DNA from: a virus
Reading direction: 5' to 3' (one strand)
IMG/VR virus record: IMGVR_UViG_3300042453_005804
Coordinates: 30,001-58,052 of that record
Length of the DNA stretch: 28,052 nt
Below are positions 1-7,373 of this stretch, piece by piece. The notes under the pieces were generated by a model. The model was not told the DNA's origin, did not search any database, and was given only the letters and a program-made list of their open reading frames with translations. The first letter of the stretch is position 1. Each line of letters starts with the position of its first letter. The translations under genes were made by a program, and so were the position numbers.

Positions 1-354
1 GATGCGACCGAACTATATCCTGAATTGTCCAATGACCCAAAAGCCGCAAGAGAAAAGCTAGGTAAACTTCTCATCGCTTGGTCATATTGGGAATCGTCAT
101 GGAAGCATGATGCGTTGGGAGATGGTGGTCGATCCTGTGGAATCATGCAAGTAATGCCGAGGACAGGAGGCGTGTCTTGTGATAAGCTACGTTCCTCAGC
201 AGTGGCAGGTTTCAAGGCAGGACTAGGCGTGATTCGTTCGTTAAATAAAACCTGTGGAGGTCTTCGACCAGCTCTTGGTGCATACGCATCAGGTAAATGT
301 GGTGGTATGAAGACTTTAGTTGAAAAACGTTGCACGAAGTCTGGCGGATGTTGA
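1..354 (+). CDS. SLT-domain lytic transglycosylase, 5' end runs off the window
   Basis: Frame 1 is open from base 1, so the track start at 25 is only an internal TTG. It carries the three SLT hallmarks: the catalytic Glu context WESSW, GIMQVMP and AYASG. Confidence 0.7.
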   Translation, partial: DATELYPELSNDPKAAREKLGKLLIAWSYWESSWKHDALGDGGRSCGIMQVMPRTGGVSCDKLRSSAVAGFKAGLGVIRSLNKTCGGLRPALGAYASGKCGGMKTLVEKRCTKSGGC

Positions 355-479
355 TACATAGTTATGTATGATGGCCTGAATAATTCGGAAAAATCTTCCA
401 ATCGAAAACTATTAAGTTATATACAAGATTATTTATTCCAACGATTCAGGACATTGTACTTACTTTTCCAAAGGCAACC

Positions 480-905
480 GTGCCAGGATTACATGAAGTT
501 TGCGGACTTGAACTTATAGAAAGAATTGCAAAAGAATTTTTTGCAAAAGAAAAAAACCAAGCGAGGGTGTGGTCACCCTCGCTTGGTTGTTGGGGCTTTT
601 TTGATAAAAGCCCGACAGATTATGACAAGTTATTGATTATCGGTTGCGCAAAAAACGGAGATCCCATACTTCCAGATAGAAGCATAATATGGAAACCTTT
701 GAATGATGGTGCTTGGGAACCTTATCATTCAATTCCAAATATGTCATTGGGATTAGGGATAGTTCTTGATAAGAAAATTATTGATATCGATGGATCTTCT
801 AATGTAGCTCTTGGGTTTTTACTAGGTGGAGAAAATACAGGAGTTTTCAACATGTTGATTAAGCAACATGATGTATATAACATTATGTGGAATATGATCG
901 GTTGA
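480..905 (+). CDS. Hypothetical protein (start uncertain)
   Basis: Open frame with a GTG start and no recognisable domain. A strong terminator hairpin sits in the 5' part, so the real start may be downstream, for example the in-frame TTG at 633. Confidence 0.35.
   Translation: MPGLHEVCGLELIERIAKEFFAKEKNQARVWSPSLGCWGFFDKSPTDYDKLLIIGCAKNGDPILPDRSIIWKPLNDGAWEPYHSIPNMSLGLGIVLDKKIIDIDGSSNVALGFLLGGENTGVFNMLIKQHDVYNIMWNMIG
557..602 (+). terminator. Intrinsic terminator hairpin (13-bp perfect stem, 4-nt loop, T-rich tail)
   Basis: CCAAGCGAGGGTG (557-569), loop TGGT, CACCCTCGCTTGG (574-586), then TTGTTGGGGCTTTTTT. An A-run precedes it, so it may act in both directions. Confidence 0.55.
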
Positions 906-910
906 TCGAT

Positions 911-1072
911 CTAGTAAGAGCAAATGTGATCGTAGTCTAGACTCCAATAACACAGTTCTTGATCAACGAGCGAAAGAGCGTCTTTTCTTTGCTCTTCTTT
1001 AATTTTAAGAGAAATGCCAGAAGCGGTTTTTTCTACGATCGACGAATACAGATCTTTTTCTGATTTTTTCAT
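911..1072 (-). CDS. Hypothetical 53-aa protein (below the ORF-track cutoff)
   Basis: Hand translation gives MKKSEKDLYSSIVEKTASGISLKIKEEQRKDALSLVDQELCYWSLDYDHICSY. Its ATG overlaps the HNH stop as ATGA (1069-1072), which suggests translational coupling. Confidence 0.35.
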   Translation of the reverse strand: MKKSEKDLYSSIVEKTASGISLKIKEEQRKDALSLVDQELCYWSLDYDHICSY

Positions 1073-1407
1073 GTTTTTAACTTTGAGTAGAAATCTTGAG
1101 CATCTTTTCTTACATTAGGATTGTGATTTCGCCATGAACCTTTGTGGCCTATGTTCAAATGACACTCGTATTGATCCATACATAAGGTGATCAAGTTTTC
1201 GCTGTCTAGTTCGAAAGAAGGATCAATGTGTACTGGAATTATATGATGAACTTGTATTTTCTTTTTCTTTCCGCATGCCACACACGATTCATTAAGTTCT
1301 AAATGCGCTGCTCTTACCAGCGGCCATAATTTGTCTCTTCTAAGCTCCTTAGATTTTTCTCTAATGGTAGCAAAAAAAACATTAAAGGCATGCTTAAAAG
1401 TATTCAT
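1069..1407 (-). CDS. HNH endonuclease (free-standing)
   Basis: CVACG...VHHIIP...ENLITLC...CH...H is an HNH / Cys-box zinc-finger nuclease pattern. The start overlaps the upstream stop as ATGA. Confidence 0.8.
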   Translation of the reverse strand: MNTFKHAFNVFFATIREKSKELRRDKLWPLVRAAHLELNESCVACGKKKKIQVHHIIPVHIDPSFELDSENLITLCMDQYECHLNIGHKGSWRNHNPNVRKDAQDFYSKLKT

Positions 1408-1691
1408 GACCTGTATATTGGGCTATGAGGAATCACGTGATAATCTTTTGTATACATGTCTGGAAAGACACCAACGTCGTCTGAAATTGGAGGAACTGGT
1501 CCGTAACAATCTTCGAGATCTACTTCTGGTTCTGAAAGATGCGATATAATTTTTTCATCTTCAGGATCAGCGATAGAACCCAACTGTTCTCTTGAAGTTA
1601 AATCTTGAGAAAGTACATTGCTGATGTGAGGTCCTTCTAACACCTCTCTGATTGTTTCTTTGATATACTCTCTCAAGATTTTGTTTTTCAT
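1404..1691 (-). CDS. Hypothetical acidic protein, LRxxI(R/K)E N-terminal motif family
   Basis: The N-terminus is MKNKILREYIKETIREVLEG. The ORF sits in the same-strand gene train. Confidence 0.6.
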   Translation of the reverse strand: MKNKILREYIKETIREVLEGPHISNVLSQDLTSREQLGSIADPEDEKIISHLSEPEVDLEDCYGPVPPISDDVGVFPDMYTKDYHVIPHSPIYRS

Positions 1692-1701
1692 ATGCTTATA
1701 A

Positions 1702-1860
1702 CTAGGATTCTTTAGTAGACTTTTCTTTTTCTGCTACATTCTTAGCGAAACATGACGCTATAGAGTTGCTAATTTCTGCTGTAATGCTTACCATTGTTAC
1801 TAGTGAAAATAAAAACATAGTAAAAAACAAGTAAGGGTGTTCAAGCGCCCATTGAATCAT
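1702..1860 (-). CDS. Small membrane protein, 52 aa (shortened from track ORF 1702..1926)
   Basis: The internal ATG at 1860 follows GGGAGA with a 5-nt spacer and lies just after the infA stop. The product MIQWALEHPYLFFTMFLFSLVTMVSITAEI... has one hydrophobic helix. The longer track version would overlap infA by about 50 nt. Confidence 0.5.
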   Translation of the reverse strand: MIQWALEHPYLFFTMFLFSLVTMVSITAEISNSIASCFAKNVAEKEKSTKES

Positions 1861-1873
1861 TTCATTCTCCCGT

Positions 1874-2125
1874 TTATCTGCGCCACGAGATTCGACCTCT
1901 TGTAGTATCGTAGATTGAAACTTCAACTGTTACATCATCCCCTGGTAATACGACGATGTGATTTTGCCTTAACTTTCCTGACAGCGTTGCCAATACAGTC
2001 TGGCCTGTTGTTGTTTTTACCTTGAATAAGGTGCCAGGTAATGCCTCTTCGACAGTTCCTGTGAGCTCTAAACTATCTTCTCTTTCAATCTGTGATGTCT
2101 CTTTCGAGTTCTTCTTCTTCTTCAT
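1874..2125 (-). CDS. infA: Translation initiation factor IF-1 homologue
   Basis: LTGTVEEALPGTLFKVKTTTGQTVLATLSGKLRQNHIVVLPGDDVTVEVSIYDTTRGRISWR aligns along its length with E. coli IF1 ([62 protein letters not shown]). It has an extra Lys-rich N-terminal extension, MKKKKNSKETSQIERED. Confidence 0.9.
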   Translation of the reverse strand: MKKKKNSKETSQIEREDSLELTGTVEEALPGTLFKVKTTTGQTVLATLSGKLRQNHIVVLPGDDVTVEVSIYDTTRGRISWRR

Positions 2126-2303
2126 AATTTTCTATTTGTTTTTTTTCTTCTTCTGTCGAACTTCCTAACCCTTGGAGAGGTACGTAATTTATTCCTTTTT
2201 GAGGACTACTTAAATCTCCTCCAAAGTATCCTGCAGACCAACGTAAATTTCTTTCAACTTCTTCTCTTATAATCTTTCTTAATTCAGATAACTTGATTTT
2301 CAT
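2085..2303 (-). CDS. Hypothetical acidic protein, LRxxIRE motif family
   Basis: The N-terminus is MKIKLSELRKIIREEVERNL and the C-terminus is acidic. It overlaps infA by 41 nt. Confidence 0.55.
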   Translation of the reverse strand: MKIKLSELRKIIREEVERNLRWSAGYFGGDLSSPQKGINYVPLQGLGSSTEEEKKQIENYEEEEELERDITD

Positions 2304-2673
2304 GTATCATATCTATTTCCAAATTCGATATGTCTACGTAGTTAGATGCGCTAATAACGTCTCTTGAATCAACTTCTATAAAAGTCCTGGAAGTGGTAAT
2401 TTCAATTTTAGACCCAGACTTTATAGGGACCGCTTGTAGAATCGTTAAATTCATTCCAAAAAAATCTTCAGGAATTAATTCCAAAATGTTAGAATCTTCA
2501 TTTAAGATGACTATTCGTTTAGATGAATGATGATAACCACAAGCGATTATCACGTTCTTTCTCATTTTTTCTTTTATTACTAGAATTTCTTCTGTGCACA
2601 GAGACGACATGTAACTAGGTAAGATAATCTCTTCTACTTTTCCAGATGAAGAAATCTTTGCATGATTTTTCAA
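2284..2673 (-). CDS. Hypothetical protein
   Basis: Long ORF in the operon orientation. Its TTG start forms a TTGA overlap with the upstream stop. Internal ATGs are alternative starts. Confidence 0.45.
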   Translation of the reverse strand: MKNHAKISSSGKVEEIILPSYMSSLCTEEILVIKEKMRKNVIIACGYHHSSKRIVILNEDSNILELIPEDFFGMNLTILQAVPIKSGSKIEITTSRTFIEVDSRDVISASNYVDISNLEIDMIHENQVI

Positions 2674-2888
2674 ACCACCCTCAATAGCTCATCAAAAAAG
2701 TATGGTCCTTCAACTGAAGTTCCGTCTACAAGAACATAGTAAACTTGAGAATAGCTATTGGACATGTGCTCGACGTGTTTGCTTTTGCATGAATTAGAAT
2801 GGTGTACGTCTATAACAATACCATTTTTTTCAGGACTTTTCATTTTAAATTTGACAAGGTCTCCCTTGGAAAATCTAGGTAAAATCAA
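2670..2888 (-). CDS. Hypothetical small protein
   Basis: Its TTG start overlaps the groEL stop as TTGA. The KGDLVKFK...GIVIDV pattern hints at an SH3/KOW-like beta fold, but this is unverified. Confidence 0.45.
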   Translation of the reverse strand: MILPRFSKGDLVKFKMKSPEKNGIVIDVHHSNSCKSKHVEHMSNSYSQVYYVLVDGTSVEGPYFFDELLRVV

Positions 2889-4507
2889 GCAGTTTCTCCA
2901 TTGACCAAGACAGCGTCTAAAGTTAAAAACAGTCTAGCAACTGAAGAAGAATTCTTAAGAGCCATTTTAGTAACCTTGACTGGGTCGATAATACCAGCCG
3001 CCACAAGATCGACAAACTCGCCTGAAGAAGCATCATATCCGAAGTTGTTATTGACATTCTTACTCATACATTCTTCAATGACGTCTGGCGATTTGCCACT
3101 ATTATGAGCAATTCTCCTCAATGGTTCTACGCAAGATTTAAAAACCATTTCAATTCCGGCCAACACGTCCCTTTCATAAGAGACATTTTTTGTAGCTTTT
3201 CTGGCTGCTATCGATGCCGTGTATAAAGCTGTTCCTCCGCCCGGAATTATTCCTTCTTCAGTCGCTGCGCGTGTCGCATGAAGAGCATCTTCTATTCTAT
3301 ATTTGCGTTCGATCATTTCCATCTCGGTGGCCCCGCCGACTCGTACGACAGCAACCCCAGAAGCGAGCCGAGCAATTCTGGTTCTTAGGTTATTCATTTC
3401 AAGAGAGCTTATTGTTACATCATTAAGCCTCACTTTTAAATCAGAAACATGCTCTTGGACCTGCTCTCTCGCAGATGAAGGACCAACGATCGTAGTGGTT
3501 TTTGCATCGACAACAAACTTCTTTGCAGTTCCCAGATCTGATAGTTTTACTTTGTCCAAAGACAAACCAGTAGAGCTAGAAACCAGCTTAGCTCCTGTCA
3601 GTTTTGAAATATCAATAAGATATTCATCTTTTGAAGTTCCAAATCCAGGAGACTTAATGGCAACAATCGGTAATTGAGATTTCACTCTATTAAGAACTAA
3701 CCCTTGTAATGCTTCTCCGTCAACATCATCAGCAATGATGAGAAGAGGTTTTCTAGAATTTACCACAGATTCAAGAATAGGAACAAGATCCTTTAATACA
3801 GATATTTTTTTATCTGTGATTAGAACATATGCATCATTATAAGAAGCATGCATCTTTTCGTTGTTCGTAACGAAGTAAGGACTTAAATAACCCCTATCAA
3901 ACTGCATTCCGTCAACCACGTCAAGAGTGGTCGCCATTCCCTTAGCATCTTCTACAGTAATGATTCCATCTCTTCCAACTTTTTCCATTGCAGCTGAAAT
4001 TAGCTCACCTATTTTCTTATCACCATTGGCTGAAATGGTACCAATTTGCGCAATTTCTTCAGTCGTTTCGACTGGATGTGCCTGAGAAACAACGGCATCA
4101 GTCACTAATTTGATCGCGATGTCCATTCCTTCTACTAATTTTTTCGCGTTGTAACCCGCCTCTAACAAATTTAATCCATTTTTTACTAAAGCATGTGTAA
4201 GGACGGTCGAGGTAGTCGTTCCATCGCCAGCTGTGTCATTGGTTTGAGACGCTGCTTCTCTCAGTAGCCTTACTCCCATCATCTCTACTGGATCATCTAG
4301 TTTTACGGATTTGCTGACCGTTACGCCGTCTTTTGTAATGATCGGAGAATCATTTCCATTTTGGATTAAGACTGTTTTTCCATTCGGACCTAAAGTGCAG
4401 CTTACTGCTTCAGCTGCTATGCTAAGACCTGCATATAGCTTTTTTCTAGCATCGCTAGAAAATAACACGCAATTATTAGATTTAGGAGGATGGGGTTCAA
4501 AAGACAT
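2885..4507 (-). CDS. groEL: Chaperonin GroEL (Cpn60) homologue
   Basis: The 540-aa product has typical GroEL blocks: TLGPNGKTVLI, ITKDGVTVSKSV, AGDGTTTSTVL, VGGATEMEMIERKYRIEDALHATRAATEEGIIPGGG and IIDPVKVT. There is no C-terminal GGM repeat tail and no GroES-like gene next to it. Confidence 0.95.
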   Translation of the reverse strand: MSFEPHPPKSNNCVLFSSDARKKLYAGLSIAAEAVSCTLGPNGKTVLIQNGNDSPIITKDGVTVSKSVKLDDPVEMMGVRLLREAASQTNDTAGDGTTTSTVLTHALVKNGLNLLEAGYNAKKLVEGMDIAIKLVTDAVVSQAHPVETTEEIAQIGTISANGDKKIGELISAAMEKVGRDGIITVEDAKGMATTLDVVDGMQFDRGYLSPYFVTNNEKMHASYNDAYVLITDKKISVLKDLVPILESVVNSRKPLLIIADDVDGEALQGLVLNRVKSQLPIVAIKSPGFGTSKDEYLIDISKLTGAKLVSSSTGLSLDKVKLSDLGTAKKFVVDAKTTTIVGPSSAREQVQEHVSDLKVRLNDVTISSLEMNNLRTRIARLASGVAVVRVGGATEMEMIERKYRIEDALHATRAATEEGIIPGGGTALYTASIAARKATKNVSYERDVLAGIEMVFKSCVEPLRRIAHNSGKSPDVIEECMSKNVNNNFGYDASSGEFVDLVAAGIIDPVKVTKMALKNSSSVARLFLTLDAVLVNGETA

Positions 4508-4546
4508 ACCAGTATAGTAAACTCACCTAAGTATTTGTACAGGATT

Positions 4547-4879
4547 TTATCCCTTGGTGACATTTACGTACACAGGTTGTCCTTTTCTCCAAGCAACAGC
4601 TATGTGACCCTTGACATAATCGACCAACATTACATTTAGGATCAATTCTTGTTGTTTATCTTTAATTTTCTCAATGTACTTTATCAGTTTATATTCAGTG
4701 TAATCAATGAGCTTTTTCTTAGAGTTTGCAAATTCTGTTTTCTGCGAAACGTGCATGGTAAACTCAGTGCATTCGCTGATCGGAATATTTGAGTTCCCTC
4801 TAGTCTTCATGTTATATCGTTGCATCGGCTCTTTCGAACCTAACTTCATCAAACTATAATTATTGATTGTTCGGCTCAT
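4547..4879 (-). CDS. Hypothetical protein
   Basis: The ORF lies directly upstream of groEL on the same strand. I see no resemblance to GroES. Confidence 0.45.
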   Translation of the reverse strand: MSRTINNYSLMKLGSKEPMQRYNMKTRGNSNIPISECTEFTMHVSQKTEFANSKKKLIDYTEYKLIKYIEKIKDKQQELILNVMLVDYVKGHIAVAWRKGQPVYVNVTKG

Positions 4880-4923
4880 CTTATGAACGTTTATAACACT
4901 TTTATGAGAGTGTATTTACCGTA

Positions 4924-4945
4924 GTTGTGAAATTTTATTCACAAC
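4924..4945 (-). promoter_or_regulatory. 8-bp stem hairpin in an intergenic region
   Basis: GTTGTGAA-ATTTTA-TTCACAAC lies between the 5015 gene stop and the 4879 start. Neither side has a clear T-tract, so it is not called a terminator. Confidence 0.3.
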
Positions 4946-5014
4946 CTAAGTTAAAAAATACTTAATGTGAATAACTTGGCTAGATTAAACGTGTAAGAGA
5001 TTAATGAAGTAAGA

Positions 5015-5386
5015 TCAAGAGTCGTATTTTCTAGACTTCTTGATTGCTTTTTTCTTTGACAGCCCGCCTGCCATCATTCTAGATATCAAAATGTCAGCAA
5101 AATCTTTGTCACCATCATCATCTTTGTCTAAATCTTCTTGCGATCCCTCTGCATGCAGTTCTTCTTTCACAACATCTCTAATAAAAGCTCTTAACTCCAA
5201 AAGACTATCTTCGTTATTCATCTTTGTACCTTCAGCCTCTATGGCAGCTATTTGACCCCTGGCTTTCTTTTTAGATGTATGACAAGCCCTGTGCTTTTTA
5301 CCTTTTTTATCAGTATAAGAAAGCACGTAACCGCCAGAATCTCCGTCACTCTGCTTACATTTTTGTTTACGTATCTTGTATGGCAT
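5015..5386 (-). CDS. Hypothetical basic/acidic protein with an internal LRxFIRD motif
   Basis: The N-half is basic (KIRKQKCKQSDGDSGGY...KKKARGQIAAIEAEG). It is followed by LLELRAFIRDVVKEEL and an acidic stretch. Confidence 0.55.
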   Translation of the reverse strand: MPYKIRKQKCKQSDGDSGGYVLSYTDKKGKKHRACHTSKKKARGQIAAIEAEGTKMNNEDSLLELRAFIRDVVKEELHAEGSQEDLDKDDDGDKDFADILISRMMAGGLSKKKAIKKSRKYDS

Positions 5387-5463
5387 TTGTTCTCTATCTT
5401 ATAAAATTATCTAAAAAACCTTTGTTTTTTCTATAACTATTATTATACGGCAGGGGGTTCATT

Positions 5464-5784
5464 ATGAACTTACGTTTCCTGAATGCGGTATGTTTTTTTT
5501 GCGTGACCTTATCTGGGTGTGTCGGCAGCGATTCTTCTTTTGAAGAAAGTGAAGAAATGGCCGACGAAGAATCCACCGAGATCTCTCAGCCTCCGAAAAA
5601 TCATGATCAAAAACCAGAACCTGTAACGAAAGATGATCACGACGACGAAAGCTTTGGTGGACCATGTCCAGTTGACACGTATTTAATTCTTGAAAAAGAT
5701 GGTGTGAAGTATATGGTAGAAATTCAGGTTTTTTGTGATCCAATACAGAACATCATAAATCTAGGTTGCCCTGAACCTTATTAA
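5464..5784 (+). CDS. Putative lipoprotein
   Basis: GGGGG lies 7 nt upstream of the ATG. The hydrophobic signal peptide ends in the lipobox L-S-G-C (FFCVTLSGC), and the mature part is acidic. Confidence 0.6.
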   Translation: MNLRFLNAVCFFCVTLSGCVGSDSSFEESEEMADEESTEISQPPKNHDQKPEPVTKDDHDDESFGGPCPVDTYLILEKDGVKYMVEIQVFCDPIQNIINLGCPEPY

Positions 5785-5930
5785 TCTGAATCTTCTTCAT
5801 CACTTTGAACGATACCATGCCCTTGGCACCTGTCTTCTTGTGGCACACCAGCAAGCACATATTCAACGTGTTTTCCGCAACCTCCATATGTCAGTTTGTT
5901 GCAAATATCGCAACGTCTTCTATAGCACAT
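5781..5930 (-). CDS. Small Cys-rich protein, 49 aa (below the ORF-track cutoff)
   Basis: Hand translation gives MCYRRRCDICNKLTYGGCGKHVEYVLAGVPQEDRCQGHGIVQSDEEDSD. A purine-rich GGAAGAAAAGG lies upstream. A paralogue sits at 6654..6758. Confidence 0.45.
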   Translation of the reverse strand: MCYRRRCDICNKLTYGGCGKHVEYVLAGVPQEDRCQGHGIVQSDEEDSD

Positions 5931-5993
5931 ATTACCTTTTCTTCCATTCCATCATTAGCCTGTCATTCGATGATACCTTTTAAATTTCTGGGT

Positions 5994-6335
5994 TTACTGA
6001 GCATTTCTTACTGCGTCAGCCAACGTCTCGCTGCCATTGTATTTTAGCGAATCGTCTTGCCACAGGACAACAGGATCATCATAACCTTTTGTGACCATCA
6101 TTGGAACATTTGTTCCAAATCCAAACATACTTCCAGAACCTTGGACTGCAAATGAAGCTGCGTCTAATTCAGGTTGTTTGTATTTTGCCTGAAGTATTTT
6201 GGCGAACCTTGGAAACTTCTTTTGTATTTCTTCAAAGCTGGTCTTCTTGAGACCTTTCGCGGACATCTCATTTAAATTGGCTGCTTCTAGAAACTCTCTA
6301 ATGAGTTTTCTCAAACGCTTCTCACTCTGTTGCAT
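5994..6335 (-). CDS. Hypothetical protein, LRxxIRE motif family
   Basis: The N-terminus is MQQSEKRLRKLIREFLEAANL. The start overlaps the upstream stop by 1 nt (TAATG). Confidence 0.6.
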   Translation of the reverse strand: MQQSEKRLRKLIREFLEAANLNEMSAKGLKKTSFEEIQKKFPRFAKILQAKYKQPELDAASFAVQGSGSMFGFGTNVPMMVTKGYDDPVVLWQDDSLKYNGSETLADAVRNAQ

Positions 6336-6562
6336 TACTTAGTTTCCTTTTTACTTTTCTTAGATTTCAGACCCATGTCTTCTGCCCACTTGTTTATTTT
6401 ATCTTTTATGTCATTGGGAACGTAAACGCTGTCTGCTTTATAAGCAGGATCATCTAGTAGATCTTCATGATAGCTCTCTTCCGGATGAGATCCCGCATGA
6501 GAAGAGTATTCTTTCACGAATTCTTTTATTAAAATTCTTAATGCTTTTTCGTCAGAATTCAC
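6335..6562 (-). CDS. Hypothetical acidic protein, LRxxIKE motif family (start moved to GTG at 6562)
   Basis: The track start at 6607 lies inside the palindromic terminator at 6588-6615. The in-frame GTG at 6562 gives (M)NSDEKALRILIKEFVKEY, the usual position of the family motif. Confidence 0.5.
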   Translation of the reverse strand: MNSDEKALRILIKEFVKEYSSHAGSHPEESYHEDLLDDPAYKADSVYVPNDIKDKINKWAEDMGLKSKKSKKETK

Positions 6563-6587
6563 GTCAATACTTATCTCAAGCAAATAA

Positions 6588-6615
6588 AAAAAGCTGTGGA
6601 GCTCCACAGCTTTTT
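6588..6615 (-). terminator. Perfect 28-nt palindrome, bidirectional intrinsic terminator
   Basis: AAAAAGCTGTGGAGCTCCACAGCTTTTT has A/T runs on both sides. Confidence 0.6.
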
Positions 6616-6653
6616 ATTCGTTTTTAAGTTTAAATCAAGGCTCGCCGCCAAAG

Positions 6654-6758
6654 CTAGGTACTTCCTCCAAAGATTTGTTCCGCATGTTTTCCACATCCAC
6701 TATAAGTGAGCTTATTTCGAATATCACATCTTCGTCTATAACATATTGACGTCCTCAC
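6654..6758 (-). CDS. Small Cys-rich protein paralogue, 34 aa, GTG start (possibly decaying)
   Basis: The product (M)RTSICYRRRCDIRNKLTYSGCGKHAEQIFGGST is paralogous to 5781..5930. The codon matching the paralogue's ATG is ATA here. An upstream GTG overlaps the previous stop as GTGA. One Cys is replaced by Arg. Confidence 0.3.
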   Translation of the reverse strand: MRTSICYRRRCDIRNKLTYSGCGKHAEQIFGGST

Positions 6759-7297
6759 TTCGTGACATGAGACTGGTTAAATTTATTTTTCAACCATGAA
6801 GTAAATGCTCTATCAGCATCGGGCAATTCATCTTCATCGTCATAATATCTAAGTCGACTTAGAAACTCTTTTTCGAATTCATTTTCTAATTTATCGTCCA
6901 CAATATCAGTGGTGTCAGGATCGATGGAAAGGTAGTCGAAGAATGGATTTTTCTTTTTCTCTGCGGGGTCTAATTCTTGTGCAGCTTTGTAAGCATCATA
7001 TGCCGCCGTGCCAGCTTCAATCGCCCCCATCTTCGCTGCCGCGGCAATTAACGCTGGCGCGCTCGCCGCGCCAGCGAGCGCACCAATTATCCCAACAACA
7101 GTTGCTTTTCCAACAGATTTTGCTGCTTCTTTAGCTTTCGCTATATTTTTATGCTTTTGTATAAACTGTAGAGCTTGTCTAAGATCTCCTGCAGTATATA
7201 CTATGCGTTCAGTAATTATATCTTCCTGCACCAACGATCTAGTGCCCAGAGATTCTTTGATGTATTCTCTAAGGAGTTTTTCATCTTTTCGATTCAT
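6755..7297 (-). CDS. Hypothetical protein, LRxYIKE motif family, with an Ala/Gly-rich hydrophobic core
   Basis: The N-terminus is MNRKDEKLLREYIKESL. The central segment VVGIIGALAGAASAPALIAAAAKMGAIEAGTAA looks like a glycine-zipper or membrane segment. Confidence 0.6.
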   Translation of the reverse strand: MNRKDEKLLREYIKESLGTRSLVQEDIITERIVYTAGDLRQALQFIQKHKNIAKAKEAAKSVGKATVVGIIGALAGAASAPALIAAAAKMGAIEAGTAAYDAYKAAQELDPAEKKKNPFFDYLSIDPDTTDIVDDKLENEFEKEFLSRLRYYDDEDELPDADRAFTSWLKNKFNQSHVTK

Positions 7298-7318
7298 AGA
7301 TTTTCGACAAATAAATAC

Positions 7319-7350
7319 AACCGCAGGAGGGAGTATTCCCTCCTGCGGTT
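7319..7350 (-). terminator. Intrinsic terminator after the Gly-rich lipoprotein gene
   Basis: AACCGCAGGAGGGA-GTAT-TCCCTCCTGCGGTT forms a 14-bp stem. In minus sense it is followed by GTATTTATTTG. Confidence 0.6.
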
Positions 7351-7373
7351 AAAGCTTTATGCTTTTTTATTTT

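Noticed and set aside
355-479. Longer intergenic stretches (355-479, 4880-5014, 16099-16157) as possible tRNA or sRNA genes
   Set aside because: They are AT-rich, with no cloverleaf-compatible GC-rich stems and no conserved tRNA boxes by eye. Only 20706-21080 showed a structured-RNA signature.
1331-1549. Plus-strand ORF 1331..1549
   Set aside because: It is antisense to the HNH gene and the 1404..1691 ORF junction, and has no features.
2901-4517. Plus-strand track ORFs 2901..3107, 3214..3426, 3303..3677 and 4311..4517
   Set aside because: They lie entirely antisense to the well-supported groEL gene. They have no motifs, and their composition is typical of shadow frames.
4547-4879. The ORF upstream of groEL as a divergent GroES
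   Set aside because: The sequence shows none of the GroES mobile-loop or beta-barrel hallmarks, and the composition differs. It is left as hypothetical.
5040-5255. Plus-strand ORF 5040..5255
   Set aside because: It is antisense to the 5015..5386 gene, which carries the family motif. Its Ser-rich composition is typical of a shadow frame.
5394-5743. Minus-strand ORFs 5394..5576 and 5462..5743
   Set aside because: They are antisense to the plus-strand lipoprotein ORF, which has an SD, a signal peptide and a lipobox. The minus frames have no features.
5805-6047. Plus-strand 80-aa ORF
   Set aside because: It overlaps the minus-strand Cys-rich mini-ORF, which has a paralogue elsewhere, and the 3' end of 5994..6335. 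It has no SD and a Ser/Ile/Phe-rich shadow-frame composition.
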